A stretch of 64,000 nt of DNA from an uncultured Bacteroidales bacterium (GTDB lineage: Bacteria; Bacteroidota; Bacteroidia; Bacteroidales; JAAYJT01). The notes beneath the pieces are model-generated. The model was given only the letters and a program-made list of their open reading frames with translations, was not told the origin of the DNA and made no database searches. How positions within the stretch are numbered: position 1 is the stretch's first letter; every line of letters starts with the position of its first letter. Made by a program: the position numbers and the translations under genes. The stretch lies in assembly GCA_964419945.1 (NCBI GenBank), contig CAYQRU010000001.1, positions 29,441 through 93,440 of the forward strand, given 5' to 3'. Shown one piece after another: positions 50,311 through 60,207 of this stretch.

Positions 50311-52437
50311 TCATTGTGCAAGGATTATATTTACCATGTTTGTGATATCTAGCAGATCAATGTTTCCGCTTGCATTTATATCGGCCTGGTTCACACAAAA
50401 CGGTTGGGGATCATTACCCAGGATTTGACTGATGACAACGATTACATCCATGGTGTTTACCATTCCGTCGCAATTGGCATCGCCCACCAAACCGGATGTT
50501 GATTGCAATGCAATTTGAAATGAACCAGTATGAATCTCAATGGGTTCTAGAGAGTAGTGCTGTGCTCTCAGGCTTCCAAACGATATCAAAACTTGCCGTA
50601 AATCACCGGGCATAACCGCTTCTGAAAGCATGAACTGAAGCATTCCAATTTTTCCGAATCCTGAAATTTGCTGATGATTGTTACGGGTAATTCCTATGTC
50701 GGTAATTCCTGTATTAGCCTGATGCATTACCAGCGACCAAACGCTGCCGTTAAGTTCGCCCATCCAGTTTTCCTGCTGATCAAAAACGGTACTACCAGAA
50801 ACAACAGCCGGAGAATCAATAAAAACGCTGAACCGTATGCCATAAAGGTTATCAATGGGTTTTTCCTGCGACCCTAAATAAACGGGTATCTGAACCTGGA
50901 CGCTATCCAAAAGCTCGGCTTCGGAAGGCACAATGTAGAGATCATACACATTAACCGGGGTAGCTGGCGCGATAGAATTTATTGATATTGCCTTATGATT
51001 GAAGCCATAATTTTGGATGATGGCCATGGTATCATTGATATTTACCATGCCATTGCCATCGGTATCTGCATGTTTGTAGTTAATACCGGTAACTACCGTA
51101 TCAGCCCAATCGGTGGCATATTGCGGGAACCAGTCAAGAGAGGCATTTACCCTTGCCGAACCGTTAGCTCCTGCCGTTACGCCCAGCACAAGGAGGTCGT
51201 CAATGTTCACGGTGCCATCGTAATTTATATCACCTGGCCATACATAATCAATGCCAATACCATTGACAACTCCTGCTGAGTCAGATTTTAAAACAAAAAG
51301 ATCCTGTTCTCCGGCAATCATGTATTCGTTGATCTCGCCAGCCATCACAAATCCTCCATCGCCTGTGGCCCGCATTTTAGTGATGTTGATTGACGAATCG
51401 GAAGCCATGATCATATCACGTCCGATAAATGTACCATTACTGTCGAGCCTGAGCAGAGCTGATTTAAAAAATAAAGATCCGGCCCCCTGAAAACGCTTTT
51501 CTGTCACGAGATACTCTCCGTTTCGCCAGGGTATAATATCCATTGCCTGGGTGTTGAACGGATAGTCAGGATAATTTTTTGACCATAGTACATTGCCTGC
51601 AGCATCCACGCGCATAACGCTGGAATGTTCGGAATTCGGGCTTGAAAACCCGGCAAGTACATAGCCACCATCAGGCAGTTCCTTTACCGACTGTGCGCCT
51701 CGCATCAGTTGGCCGGGCGCATTGTACAGCCTTGTCCATACCGAATCGGCATTCATGTCAAATTTCCACAAAAATGCTTTTGAACTGCTACCCGATCCTG
51801 CTGTGCCTGTGAGCATGAACCCTCCATCGGAGGTAGGCTCAATGGCCGACACAAAAGTTCCGGAGTACCATCCCGGCAATACAACAGGATTCAGCAGCCT
51901 CTGCTCAAGTAAAAACCCATCCTGTGAAATGATAAACATGCGTGGTCTTGCGCCGATGAATCCTTCACCTCCAATGACGATAATCGTGCTGTCGGGCAAG
52001 ATGGTTCCATGCGCAATCAAAGCCGAATTCATCGGTAATATATTCGTCCATTGCGAAGTCCAGAGGGTGTCGCCCGATTGATTGAGTTTTACCAGCCACG
52101 GTGCGCGATTATTGGTAGCAATTCCAACAACAATATAATTTCCATCAGGAGTTTCTAACACTGAGTAGGCATTTTCGGAGTAATTATCCTTACTGATGCT
52201 GCGCTCCCATTGCAACATGCCAGCTTCATTCAGCTTTACAATATAATAATCAGACGTAAAACCTTGATTACCATAGCCTGCAACAATATAACCCTGATCG
52301 GTGGTTTGCCGGATATCGGTGGCAAATTCAGGCCCCGAACCGCCAAAAAATGCTGACCAGGGAAATTGCTGGCTAAATGATGAAGGTGTAAAATAATCAA
52401 GAAGAAGTATAGCAAGAAAAAGGGTGGGTCTTTTCAT
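50311..52437 (-). CDS. Secreted beta-propeller-like repeat protein with an internal dockerin, a cohesin-like beta-sandwich module and a C-terminal dockerin (708 aa).
   Basis: Signal peptide MKRPTLFLAILLLDYFTPSSFSQ. N-terminal repeats are of the type DGGYxxxGxxxx...xxxKLxxxGxxxW. Internal dockerin: GDINYDGTVNIDDLLVLGVTAG ... ADTDGNGMVNINDTMAIIQNYG. A ~165-aa segment (VQVQIPVYLGSQEKPIDNLYGIRFSVFID...GKIGMLQFMLSE...) looks cohesin-like. C-terminal dockerin: GDANCDGMVNTMDVIVVISQILG ... ADINASGNIDLLDITNMVNIIL. Confidence 0.8.
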   Translation of the reverse strand: MKRPTLFLAILLLDYFTPSSFSQQFPWSAFFGGSGPEFATDIRQTTDQGYIVAGYGNQGFTSDYYIVKLNEAGMLQWERSISKDNYSENAYSVLETPDGNYIVVGIATNNRAPWLVKLNQSGDTLWTSQWTNILPMNSALIAHGTILPDSTIIVIGGEGFIGARPRMFIISQDGFLLEQRLLNPVVLPGWYSGTFVSAIEPTSDGGFMLTGTAGSGSSSKAFLWKFDMNADSVWTRLYNAPGQLMRGAQSVKELPDGGYVLAGFSSPNSEHSSVMRVDAAGNVLWSKNYPDYPFNTQAMDIIPWRNGEYLVTEKRFQGAGSLFFKSALLRLDSNGTFIGRDMIMASDSSINITKMRATGDGGFVMAGEINEYMIAGEQDLFVLKSDSAGVVNGIGIDYVWPGDINYDGTVNIDDLLVLGVTAGANGSARVNASLDWFPQYATDWADTVVTGINYKHADTDGNGMVNINDTMAIIQNYGFNHKAISINSIAPATPVNVYDLYIVPSEAELLDSVQVQIPVYLGSQEKPIDNLYGIRFSVFIDSPAVVSGSTVFDQQENWMGELNGSVWSLVMHQANTGITDIGITRNNHQQISGFGKIGMLQFMLSEAVMPGDLRQVLISFGSLRAQHYSLEPIEIHTGSFQIALQSTSGLVGDANCDGMVNTMDVIVVISQILGNDPQPFCVNQADINASGNIDLLDITNMVNIILAQ
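50314..50484 (-). other. C-terminal dockerin module of the 708-aa protein, paralogous to 24761-24940.
   Basis: GDANCDGMVNTMDVIVVISQILGNDPQPFCVNQADINASGNIDLLDITNMVNIILAQ. It shares the linker (N/D)PQPFC(F/V)N.AD(V/I) with the 744-aa protein. Confidence 0.75.
50494..50994 (-). other. Cohesin-like beta-sandwich module between the two dockerins.
   Basis: YDLYIVPSEAELLDSVQVQIPVYLGSQEKPIDNLYGIRFSVFIDSPAVVSGS...ISGFGKIGMLQFMLSEAVMPGD...IEIHTGSFQI has the alternating beta pattern and the xVxVxVxL...IxGxxFxIxYD-like layout of cohesins. This was judged by eye only. Confidence 0.4.
51004..51234 (-). other. Internal dockerin-like module with a long inter-repeat insert.
   Basis: GDINYDGTVNIDDLLVLGVTAG, then a 31-aa insert, then ADTDGNGMVNINDTMAIIQNYG. 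Confidence 0.65.
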
Positions 52438-52630
52438 AATAATTTTGAATCTGTATGTATGTTATCTGATAATGGTAAATGAACAGAAAATCTGGCAGAT
52501 TGTTTGAAAAGCAGAACAGGCGAAACCCACTGAAAGCCTGTGGAAGGAAATTATCAGACACATTTTTTCAGAAACAGTGGTTGCGAAATATTGTTGAAAC
52601 CATTTTTATGACCTGTTGCTGATACCAGGA

Positions 52631-53437
52631 TTAGATTGCCCGCATTCGTTGCCGGACAGCCTCATACAAAAGAATAGCTGTTGATGTTGACACATTCAGC
52701 GAATCAATTTTTCCGAGCATGGGTATTTTAACATGGACTTTTGTATTTCGGAGCCAGAAATCAGTGAGGCCCTCTGCTTCTGAACCCATAATGAACGCTA
52801 CTGGTCTGCTGAAATCGGCAAGGAAATGATCGCGGCTGGTAGCAAGTGCTGCTGCGACGGGTTCAATTCCATTTTTTCTGAGCCACTGCAGCGCCTCTGA
52901 CGATGAGCAAACAGCAACCTGTTTTGAAAAAATGCTTCCCAGCGAGGAGCGGATTACATTGGGATTATAAATATCAGTCAACGGATCGCAAACGAGCACA
53001 GCATCAACACCTGCTGCATCGGCGGTGCGAAGAATGGCTCCAAGATTGCCGGGTTTTTCGACCGACTCAAGCACCACAATGAGCGGATTGGCTGACAGGC
53101 TGATCCTGCTTAGCAAAGGTTCAAAAACCTTTACTACTGCAATGAGACCGTCAGCCTGCTCCCGGTAAGCCATTTTTGCAAACACCTGTGTGCTGACTTC
53201 AAAACATGGGCTACCAGCAATAATCTTATTGATGACAGCAGAATTTGCAGGATCAAAAAGTGGTGGACAAACCATCAGATGCACAGTTTGCAAACCTGAT
53301 TCAAGTGCAAGCATGATTTCCCTGAGCCCTTCAATGATGGCCACACCGAAGTCCCGGCGTTCGCGCGATCGGTGAAGCCGGACAACATCTTTTACCTTTG
53401 GGTTTTGCAGGCTGCTGATTTTTTCAAGGATGGGCAT
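52631..53437 (-). CDS. TrmH/SpoU family RNA 2'-O-methyltransferase (RlmB-like).
   Basis: There is an N-terminal substrate-binding segment (NPKVKDVVRLHRSRERRD). SpoU motifs are present: LESVEKPGNLGAILRTADAAG, FIMGSEAEGL, IPMLGKIDSLNVSTSTAILLYE. Confidence 0.85.
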   Translation of the reverse strand: MPILEKISSLQNPKVKDVVRLHRSRERRDFGVAIIEGLREIMLALESGLQTVHLMVCPPLFDPANSAVINKIIAGSPCFEVSTQVFAKMAYREQADGLIAVVKVFEPLLSRISLSANPLIVVLESVEKPGNLGAILRTADAAGVDAVLVCDPLTDIYNPNVIRSSLGSIFSKQVAVCSSSEALQWLRKNGIEPVAAALATSRDHFLADFSRPVAFIMGSEAEGLTDFWLRNTKVHVKIPMLGKIDSLNVSTSTAILLYEAVRQRMRAI

Positions 53438-53479
53438 AGGAGAGAGGATTGGAGAAAATAAATTTAATGGATTAATTAA

Positions 53480-53503
53480 TTTCGGATTTTTTCTGTGCCG
53501 AAA
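53480..53503 (-). terminator. Weak hairpin just after the methyltransferase stop.
   Basis: Plus strand TTTCGG (53480-53485), 12-nt loop, CCGAAA (53498-53503). The flanks are A/T-rich. Confidence 0.3.
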
Positions 53504-53519
53504 ATTGAAATCAACACTC

Positions 53520-55997
53520 TTACTCTTTCAAAAAGCCATAGTCATACACTTTGGGTTCTATCTTTTTGGCGAGGGTTTTCAGGGCGGAGCGCAGTTGGGT
53601 GATGAGGGCTGTGTAGGTTTCGTCATCGCTTTTGTTGTTCATTTTTCCTTTTTCGTTTCTACCCTGAAAGTGTTCTCTGATGTCGTACAGCGAAGCATTC
53701 ACATTGCAGCCGGGCTGCCGGTGATAATACCTCCAAAGTTCGCGGCCGGCTGCGAAAACCGCTGTTGCTTCCGAAGAAAATTTCAACGGCGTTTCATAAT
53801 GAACCTCCGGCTCAAGTAAAACGGAAAAAATATCAATCGAGAACTTCCCGGGCTTTATCTTCCCCTTGATAAACTTACTCATAAAATTGCTTTCAAACTT
53901 TTCCCTTGCATCCACTTCCTGCTCGGTAAAAGGAATCCAGTGGTTGGTTCCAAATTTCGATTGGATGTTGTTGCTGAATAGAGTATAAGTAAGGCAATCA
54001 TTCTGGAATTCTTTATCGCTTTCCCAGCCGTCGTTTGGAAACAGGAACTGATCACGATCATTGAGCCAGGTGGCTTCGATGCATTTGCGTACGGCAAGGT
54101 AAATGCAGGATTTCAACAAATTTTTCTCTGTGATAGGCTTATAGAATGTTGAGGTTTCGTTGTTTTTGAAATTCTGAATAACAATTTCATTTTGGTGCTG
54201 AAAGTCATTGCTGTTGCAAGCAAGATAGCCAAGGCTTGATTTATCTTCCTGCCATGAAGGGCGTAACCAATCATTCAGGAACTTCACACGATCATAGCTC
54301 ATAATAAGTTTTGTTCCGAAAAATTCTCCATTTGCATTATAAACATCAACATTGAACATTTTGAATAATTCACTAAAAGAGGAGTCCCAAATCATAAAAC
54401 CAATAGGAAAACGACCAGCAACATTATCAAACGTATTCGCAGGAACAATAAATGCCCTTTTCAATTTTGGTTGAAAAGCCCTTCTGAAATCAATAAAATA
54501 GGGTGATTGCAAAATTTTGGTTTTCGAAAAATGAGCAATAATACAACCATCAATTTCTTTATAGACACGGAAAATAAATTGAACGAACATTTCTCTTTTG
54601 GAGAATTTCCCAATCATGGTTGAATATCTTTGATGAGTCAGGGTTTCATTTGAAACTCCTTTTTTAGCATCTCTCTTTAATGTGCTTCCAGCCTCCGCAT
54701 ACGGCGGATTAATATACATCACCAGCTTCCGGCGTTTCTCAGGGTTGTTGATAATATCCTGAAGTGGCTTAGGAAGTTTGGTAAACTCATCGTTCAGAAA
54801 ATCGAACTGGAAAACATGGTCTTCGAGGAGGTTGGCTCCGTTTTTAATGCGGTCTTTCATTACCTCCACATCCTGTGTATCGAGCGTGGAAGCCCAGATA
54901 TTGTATTTGTTGATAAGCCCTGTAAGCAGGTTGCCGGTCCCGGCGGCGCAATCCCAGATGTAATATTCGTCCTGCCAGTCTTCGCCCAGCACATCGGTAA
55001 GGTATCTTTGCGAGAGTTCCACCCACATCTGCGGCGTAAAGAAACTGCCTTTGCGTTCGCGCACATCCTGCGGCACCAGCAAATCGCGGCGTTCTACAAT
55101 GTAATCCCAGTATTCTTCCCTGGGCGGGCGCTCGTATTTGTTCCAGAACTGGTTGTGTGCTTTCTGGCTATCATTAAAAGAAGTCGTGCGGGAGCTGAAC
55201 AGTCCGATTTCGTCAATCTTTCGATCCAGTTCATAATGGTCTTTTTTAAGAAGTACAAAGAGTTTTTCTTTGAGTGATTCGTTTTCGATGGCCAGCAGAT
55301 CGGCCAGGTAGAAATCGCCGTCAATGATTCCGCTCTTTTTGGCAAGCTCCCAGTTCACCGAAATGCTTGGTTTCACCACACTCAGCCATTTGTTGTAAAT
55401 CACCACAAAGTTGTTTTTGTCAATCCTGATCTTGTTCAACCCAAATTTGCCAACCACAAAGTTGTTTTTGATAAAGCGCTTCAGGTCTTTATCATCTTTC
55501 TCAAAATTGAAAAGCAGGGCTTTTTGATCAATGCTGCTTTTTACCTTTGCATACAACAGTTGAAATTCTTTAGTTTCGTGGTTTGAGGGTGTTACATTCC
55601 AGTTGAAATCGTTCAGGTAAAATACATCCTGAATGTCGTTGTAAGCGATGAAGGCAATTTTTTCGGCATCAAAAGCGCCCAGCATGGATGGAGGGAGGTG
55701 TTTGCCGAAAGTACGGGCCTTGCCGATGGTTAGGATAAGCTGCACAATGGATTTATAAATATCGGACGAACCTTTTTTGGCTTCGGCCCACAGCAGCGAT
55801 TCCTTTTCAATCGAGGAGGTTTCGCTTTGGTGCATGCTTACACAGAAGTCAACATCTCCGATGATACGGGTGCAGTCGTAAATCCAGAAATAATCGTGCG
55901 CCACTTTGTTTTTCAGTCCTTCCTCTCTGATGTCTGCGTATTTCATTTGTTTGTTGGTGTCGATGATTTGGAAAGCGGGGGGGGTAAAGTCTTGCAT
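53520..55997 (-). CDS. Gamma-class N6-adenine DNA methyltransferase, 825 aa. It is a candidate fused type IIG/IIL-like restriction-modification enzyme.
   Basis: SAM-binding motif I WDCAAGTGNLL lies at 54927-54956 on the minus strand. Catalytic motif IV NPPY (MYINPPYAEAGS) lies at 54699-54710, downstream of motif I, which is the gamma order. The N-terminus GDVDF...LLWAEAKKGSSDIYKSIVQL fits a D...ExK nuclease layout like MmeI-family enzymes. About 390 aa after NPPY could be a target-recognition region. Confidence 0.75.
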   Translation of the reverse strand: MQDFTPPAFQIIDTNKQMKYADIREEGLKNKVAHDYFWIYDCTRIIGDVDFCVSMHQSETSSIEKESLLWAEAKKGSSDIYKSIVQLILTIGKARTFGKHLPPSMLGAFDAEKIAFIAYNDIQDVFYLNDFNWNVTPSNHETKEFQLLYAKVKSSIDQKALLFNFEKDDKDLKRFIKNNFVVGKFGLNKIRIDKNNFVVIYNKWLSVVKPSISVNWELAKKSGIIDGDFYLADLLAIENESLKEKLFVLLKKDHYELDRKIDEIGLFSSRTTSFNDSQKAHNQFWNKYERPPREEYWDYIVERRDLLVPQDVRERKGSFFTPQMWVELSQRYLTDVLGEDWQDEYYIWDCAAGTGNLLTGLINKYNIWASTLDTQDVEVMKDRIKNGANLLEDHVFQFDFLNDEFTKLPKPLQDIINNPEKRRKLVMYINPPYAEAGSTLKRDAKKGVSNETLTHQRYSTMIGKFSKREMFVQFIFRVYKEIDGCIIAHFSKTKILQSPYFIDFRRAFQPKLKRAFIVPANTFDNVAGRFPIGFMIWDSSFSELFKMFNVDVYNANGEFFGTKLIMSYDRVKFLNDWLRPSWQEDKSSLGYLACNSNDFQHQNEIVIQNFKNNETSTFYKPITEKNLLKSCIYLAVRKCIEATWLNDRDQFLFPNDGWESDKEFQNDCLTYTLFSNNIQSKFGTNHWIPFTEQEVDAREKFESNFMSKFIKGKIKPGKFSIDIFSVLLEPEVHYETPLKFSSEATAVFAAGRELWRYYHRQPGCNVNASLYDIREHFQGRNEKGKMNNKSDDETYTALITQLRSALKTLAKKIEPKVYDYGFLKE

Positions 55998-56329
55998 TGG
56001 AAGTGTTTTTCCTTTAACTATTTCCCAGATCCAGGTTTTTCGGGATGGTTTTCGATTACTTAGATAAGATATTGTTGGGATGTGAAGCCACTTTGCTGCA
56101 TTGCACCAAGTTTGGGTCGAATGTCAGGCAAAAATAGAAATTTTCACAACGTGACCGGATTCAGGTTATGATGCAAAAATTCGATATCAACTTTTATCAG
56201 TGAATTTTGAAACCAATGCTATTCTGCACCGGATAGGCTGCCCGAAATGAATAAAAGCCAACATTTTGATTGCTTATTAAGAAGTATGTTTTTGATGATA
56301 ACCTTGATCTGCTGAAAAGCTGCCGGTTC

Positions 56330-56986
56330 TTATCCGGCCAGTTTTTTCATTGCTGCGATCACTGCAGCCGGGTCATTGGCATTGAATATTGCATTGCCTG
56401 CTACCAGCACATTGGCGCCTGCTTGTATCAATGTTGCGGCATTCTCAGAATTTACGCCCCCATCCACTTCGATCAGAGCAGAGGAGTTTTTTCTTAATAA
56501 CAGATCTTTCAGCCGGCTGATTTTGGCGTAAGTGTTCTCAATAAAGTGTTGCCCTCCGAAACCAGGATTTACGGCCATGATCAACACCAGGTCGAGGTCG
56601 CTGATAATGTCTTCGAGTTGGCTCACAGGAGTATGAGGATTTAATGCAACACCTTTTTTCATGCCTGCTTCAGCAATAGTATGAACCGTACGGTGCAAAT
56701 GCGTGCAGGCCTCAAATTGCACTGTCAACATATCAGCACCTGCCATGTAAAACTCCAAAATATAGCGCTCAGGTTGTACAATCATCAGGTGTACATCGAG
56801 GGGTTTATTGGCATGTCGCTTAATAGCTTTCACCACGGGCAGGCCAAACGAAAGATTAGGCACAAAAACCCCGTCCATAATATCGAGGTGAAACCAGTCG
56901 GCATCGCTGGCGTTTATCATTTCAACATCTTTCTGGAGGTTTGCAAAATCTGCTGATAGCAGGGAGGGTGCGATAAGATGTTTCAT
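56330..56986 (-). CDS. rpe: Ribulose-phosphate 3-epimerase.
   Basis: [48 protein letters not shown]...VNPGFGGQHFI...EVDGGVN is the canonical Rpe sequence. Confidence 0.95.
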   Translation of the reverse strand: MKHLIAPSLLSADFANLQKDVEMINASDADWFHLDIMDGVFVPNLSFGLPVVKAIKRHANKPLDVHLMIVQPERYILEFYMAGADMLTVQFEACTHLHRTVHTIAEAGMKKGVALNPHTPVSQLEDIISDLDLVLIMAVNPGFGGQHFIENTYAKISRLKDLLLRKNSSALIEVDGGVNSENAATLIQAGANVLVAGNAIFNANDPAAVIAAMKKLAG

Positions 56987-57849
56987 TATCCCAGGTAAGA
57001 TTTCAGGATTTTACATCTTGAGGTTTGTTTGAGCCGGCGGATGGCTTTTTCCTTGATCTGGCGTACACGCTCGCGGGTGAGCTGGAACTTCTCGCCAATT
57101 TCTTCAAGGGTCATGGGGTGGCTGCCGTTTAAGCCGAAGTATAATTTGATCACATCGACTTCGCGTCCCGTAAGTGTCGAAATAGCCCTGTCAATTTCTT
57201 TTCTTAAACTATCGTACAAAAGTTCGGTTTCCGGTGTAATTACCTCATCACTTTTCAGTACGTCATAGAGGTTATTGTCTTCGTCCTGCACTAGTGGAGC
57301 ATCCATCGAAATATGACGTCCGGAATTGCGCATGGAGTCTTTTACTTCAGTTTCTGTGATCTCAAGAAGCTCGGCAATTTCTTCGGCATTAGGCTCGCGT
57401 TCATACACTTGTTCAAGTTTTGCATAAGCCTTGTTAATCTTGTTAATAGAGCCTATTTTGTTCAGCGGTAACCTGACAATGCGCGATTGCTCGGCCAGTG
57501 CCTGCAGGATGGATTGTCGAATCCACCATACTGCATAGGAAATAAATTTGAAGCCACGTGTTTCGTCAAAACGTTGGGCAGCCTTGATAAGACCAAGATT
57601 ACCTTCGTTGATCAGGTCGGGAAGGCTAAGTCCCTGGTTCTGGTATTGTTTTGAGACAGAAACCACGAAGCGCAGGTTCGATTTGGTTAATTTTTCAAGG
57701 GCTGCACGATCGCCTTGCTTAATGCGTTGGGCCAATGCAACTTCCTCGTCGGCTGAAATCAGATCAACTTTTCCGATTTCCTGCAAATATTTATCAAGTG
57801 ACGCTGTTTCGCGGTTGGTTACCTGCTTGGTGATCTTAAGTTGCCTCAT
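56986..57849 (-). CDS. rpoD: Primary RNA polymerase sigma factor (Bacteroidota-type short sigma-70/SigA, 287 aa).
   Basis: Regions 1.2-4 are recognisable: [99 protein letters not shown]. Confidence 0.95.
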   Translation of the reverse strand: MRQLKITKQVTNRETASLDKYLQEIGKVDLISADEEVALAQRIKQGDRAALEKLTKSNLRFVVSVSKQYQNQGLSLPDLINEGNLGLIKAAQRFDETRGFKFISYAVWWIRQSILQALAEQSRIVRLPLNKIGSINKINKAYAKLEQVYEREPNAEEIAELLEITETEVKDSMRNSGRHISMDAPLVQDEDNNLYDVLKSDEVITPETELLYDSLRKEIDRAISTLTGREVDVIKLYFGLNGSHPMTLEEIGEKFQLTRERVRQIKEKAIRRLKQTSRCKILKSYLG

Positions 57850-57942
57850 GGTAATGACGAATTGATAGCTTCCTTATTACGAAAAGAGATAAGCATTGGT
57901 TTCAAAAAAATGAAAAATAATTTCAATCCGGGTCACACGCTT

Positions 57943-60075
57943 TTATTGTTCCTGACGCGGAGGGCGGGGTAACAAAACCTTTCGTGAAAGCTTCAGTTTG
58001 CCTGTTTTACTGTCAATATCAATAAGCTTAACATCTATTTCATCGCCAACCTTTAAGGCGCTTTCCACGTCTTTGAGCCGAGTCCAGTCAATCTCTGAAA
58101 TATGAAGCAGGCCATCTTTTCCGGGCAAAATTTCAACGAATGCACCAAAAGTAGTGATATTCTTTACCTTGCCATGGTACACCTCGCCAATTTCAGGAAC
58201 AGCTACAATCTGCCTGATACGGCGTTTCACTTTCTCAATTGATTCCTGGTCGCTGGAGACAATGTCAATAATTCCGAATTCACCAACTTCTTCAATAACA
58301 ATGGTTGAATTGGTCTCACGTTGCATTTCCTGGATGATTTTTCCACCAGGTCCGATCACTGCACCGATAAATTCGCGGGGAATAGTCATCTTGACAATAC
58401 GGGGAACAAAAGGTTTGTAATCTTCTCTGGGCTTCGAAATTACTTTTTCCATTTCTCCCAGGATATGTAAACGGCCACGCTTCGCCTGTTCCAGGGCTTC
58501 GGAAAGTACCTGGTACGATAGTCCGTCAACCTTTATGTCCATCTGGCAGGCGGTAATTCCACCCGTTGTTCCGGTAACTTTGAAATCCATGTCACCCAGG
58601 TGGTCTTCGTCGCCCAGAATGTCTGATAATACGGCGTATTTTCCTTTTTTTGTATCTGCAATCAATCCCATTGCAATGCCCGAAACAGGTCGCTTTATTT
58701 TTACGCCGGCATCCAGGAGCGATAATGTACCAGCACACACTGTTGCCATGGAGGACGAACCATTGGATTCAAGTATATCGGAAACTACCCTGATAGTATA
58801 AGGATTCTCGTCAGCATCCGGGATCATGTTTTTCAATGCCCTGTGCGCCAGATTACCATGCCCGATTTCGCGGCGACTGGTACCTGTTACACGTTTGACT
58901 TCACCGGTAGAAAATGGCGGGAAATTATAATGCAGTATGAAATTGATCTTTTCTTCGATCACTGCACCATCTATCACTTGCTCATCCAGCTTTGTTCCCA
59001 GCGTAACTGTGGCAAGTGCCTGGGTTTCGCCACGGGTGAAAATAGCTGAACCATGCACAGCCGGCAGGTAATCCACTTCCCCCCAGATAGGTCTGATCTC
59101 GTCAAGTTTGCGGCCATCGAGGCGTATGCGTTCATCCAACACTACATTACGGACGGCTTCTTTATGAACTTCCTTGAAATAGCGGTCAACCATAGCTGCT
59201 GTTTCTTCACCTTCTTCTTCGGTGAGTGAGGCAATAAAATCAGCTTTTATCTGGTCGAAAGCCTCACTGCGTTCTTTCTTACCGGTTCCTTTGGTGGCTA
59301 CCTCATAAATCCTATCGTAAACAGCAGCCCGCAGTTTTTCACGGATTGTACTGTTATTGGTTTCGTGGCAATATTCGCGTTTAACCAGAGCTTTTTCTAC
59401 TTCTGCAGAAAGTTCTTTCTGGGCGTTGCATTGAATCCTGATGGCTGCGTGAGCTACCTTTAACGCTTCAATAAGATCGTTTTCAGAAACTTCTTTCATT
59501 TCTCCCTCCACCATCATGATGTTGTCTTCAGAAGCAGCAACGATGATATCAATATCGAGTTCCGGCAGCACATTGACACCTGGATTGACAATGAATTGTC
59601 CATGGAGTCTGCCAACGCGAACTTCTGAGATAGGTCCGTTAAAAGGGATGTCAGACACGGAAAGTGCAGCTGAAGCAGCCAGTCCTGCCAGTGCATCAGG
59701 CATGATGTTGTTATCGCTCGAAATGAGCGTTACAAGCAGTTGGACCTCGGCGTGAAAATCATCGGGAAACAACGGACGTATAGCCCTGTCAATGAGCCGG
59801 GAGATTAGCACTTCATGGTCTGAAGGACGGGTTTCTCTTTTGAAAAAACCTCCGGGAAACCGGCCACTCGAGGCATATTTTTCACGATAATCAACGGTTA
59901 ATGGTAAAAAGTCTACACCTTCATCAGCTTCTTTTTTAGCCACTACGGTGGCCAGGAGCATGGTATCACCCATTTTTACAACAACAGCACCATCGGACTG
60001 TTTGGCGAGTTTGCCGGTTTCAATGCTAATTATCCTTCCATCACCAAGATCGAAGGATTTTGTAATTACTTTCAT
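57943..60075 (-). CDS. pnp: Polyribonucleotide nucleotidyltransferase (PNPase).
   Basis: There are two RNase PH domains ([35 protein letters not shown]), a KH domain ([16 protein letters not shown]) and an S1 domain ([20 protein letters not shown]) over 710 aa. Confidence 0.97.
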   Translation of the reverse strand: MKVITKSFDLGDGRIISIETGKLAKQSDGAVVVKMGDTMLLATVVAKKEADEGVDFLPLTVDYREKYASSGRFPGGFFKRETRPSDHEVLISRLIDRAIRPLFPDDFHAEVQLLVTLISSDNNIMPDALAGLAASAALSVSDIPFNGPISEVRVGRLHGQFIVNPGVNVLPELDIDIIVAASEDNIMMVEGEMKEVSENDLIEALKVAHAAIRIQCNAQKELSAEVEKALVKREYCHETNNSTIREKLRAAVYDRIYEVATKGTGKKERSEAFDQIKADFIASLTEEEGEETAAMVDRYFKEVHKEAVRNVVLDERIRLDGRKLDEIRPIWGEVDYLPAVHGSAIFTRGETQALATVTLGTKLDEQVIDGAVIEEKINFILHYNFPPFSTGEVKRVTGTSRREIGHGNLAHRALKNMIPDADENPYTIRVVSDILESNGSSSMATVCAGTLSLLDAGVKIKRPVSGIAMGLIADTKKGKYAVLSDILGDEDHLGDMDFKVTGTTGGITACQMDIKVDGLSYQVLSEALEQAKRGRLHILGEMEKVISKPREDYKPFVPRIVKMTIPREFIGAVIGPGGKIIQEMQRETNSTIVIEEVGEFGIIDIVSSDQESIEKVKRRIRQIVAVPEIGEVYHGKVKNITTFGAFVEILPGKDGLLHISEIDWTRLKDVESALKVGDEIDVKLIDIDSKTGKLKLSRKVLLPRPPRQEQ

Positions 60076-60158
60076 ACAGGATTTGGTTATTATATCTGAA
60101 AAAAATCGTGGTCTTATTACAGAGCTATAAGCCTTATCAAAACCATTTTATACAATAC

Positions 60159-60185
60159 AAAAAAAGGCAATCAGTAAATTGCCTT
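60159..60185 (-). terminator. Rho-independent terminator after rpsO, between rpsO and pnp.
   Basis: On the minus strand the sequence is AAGGCAAT-TTACTG-ATTGCCTT followed by TTTTT. The perfect 8-bp stem lies at 60164-60171 and 60178-60185. The T-tract corresponds to the plus-strand A-run at 60159-60163. Confidence 0.7.
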
Positions 60186-60207
60186 TCTGATAAGGTAAGA
60201 ATGGATG

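Noticed and set aside
22709-52437. Interpreting the dockerin and cohesin-like modules as a cellulosome or polysaccharide-degrading complex.
   Set aside because: I recognised no glycoside hydrolase, polysaccharide lyase or esterase catalytic domain in any protein of the window. The dockerins sit on beta-propeller proteins, so a cellulosome label is unsupported.
53430-53819. 129-aa plus-strand ORF overlapping the trmH start and the methyltransferase 3' end. Other plus- or minus-frame ORFs lie inside 53520-55997 (54816-55277, 55094-55345, 55827-56063).
   Set aside because: They are antisense or out-of-frame shadows of an 825-aa ORF with clear methyltransferase motifs, and they carry no motifs of their own.
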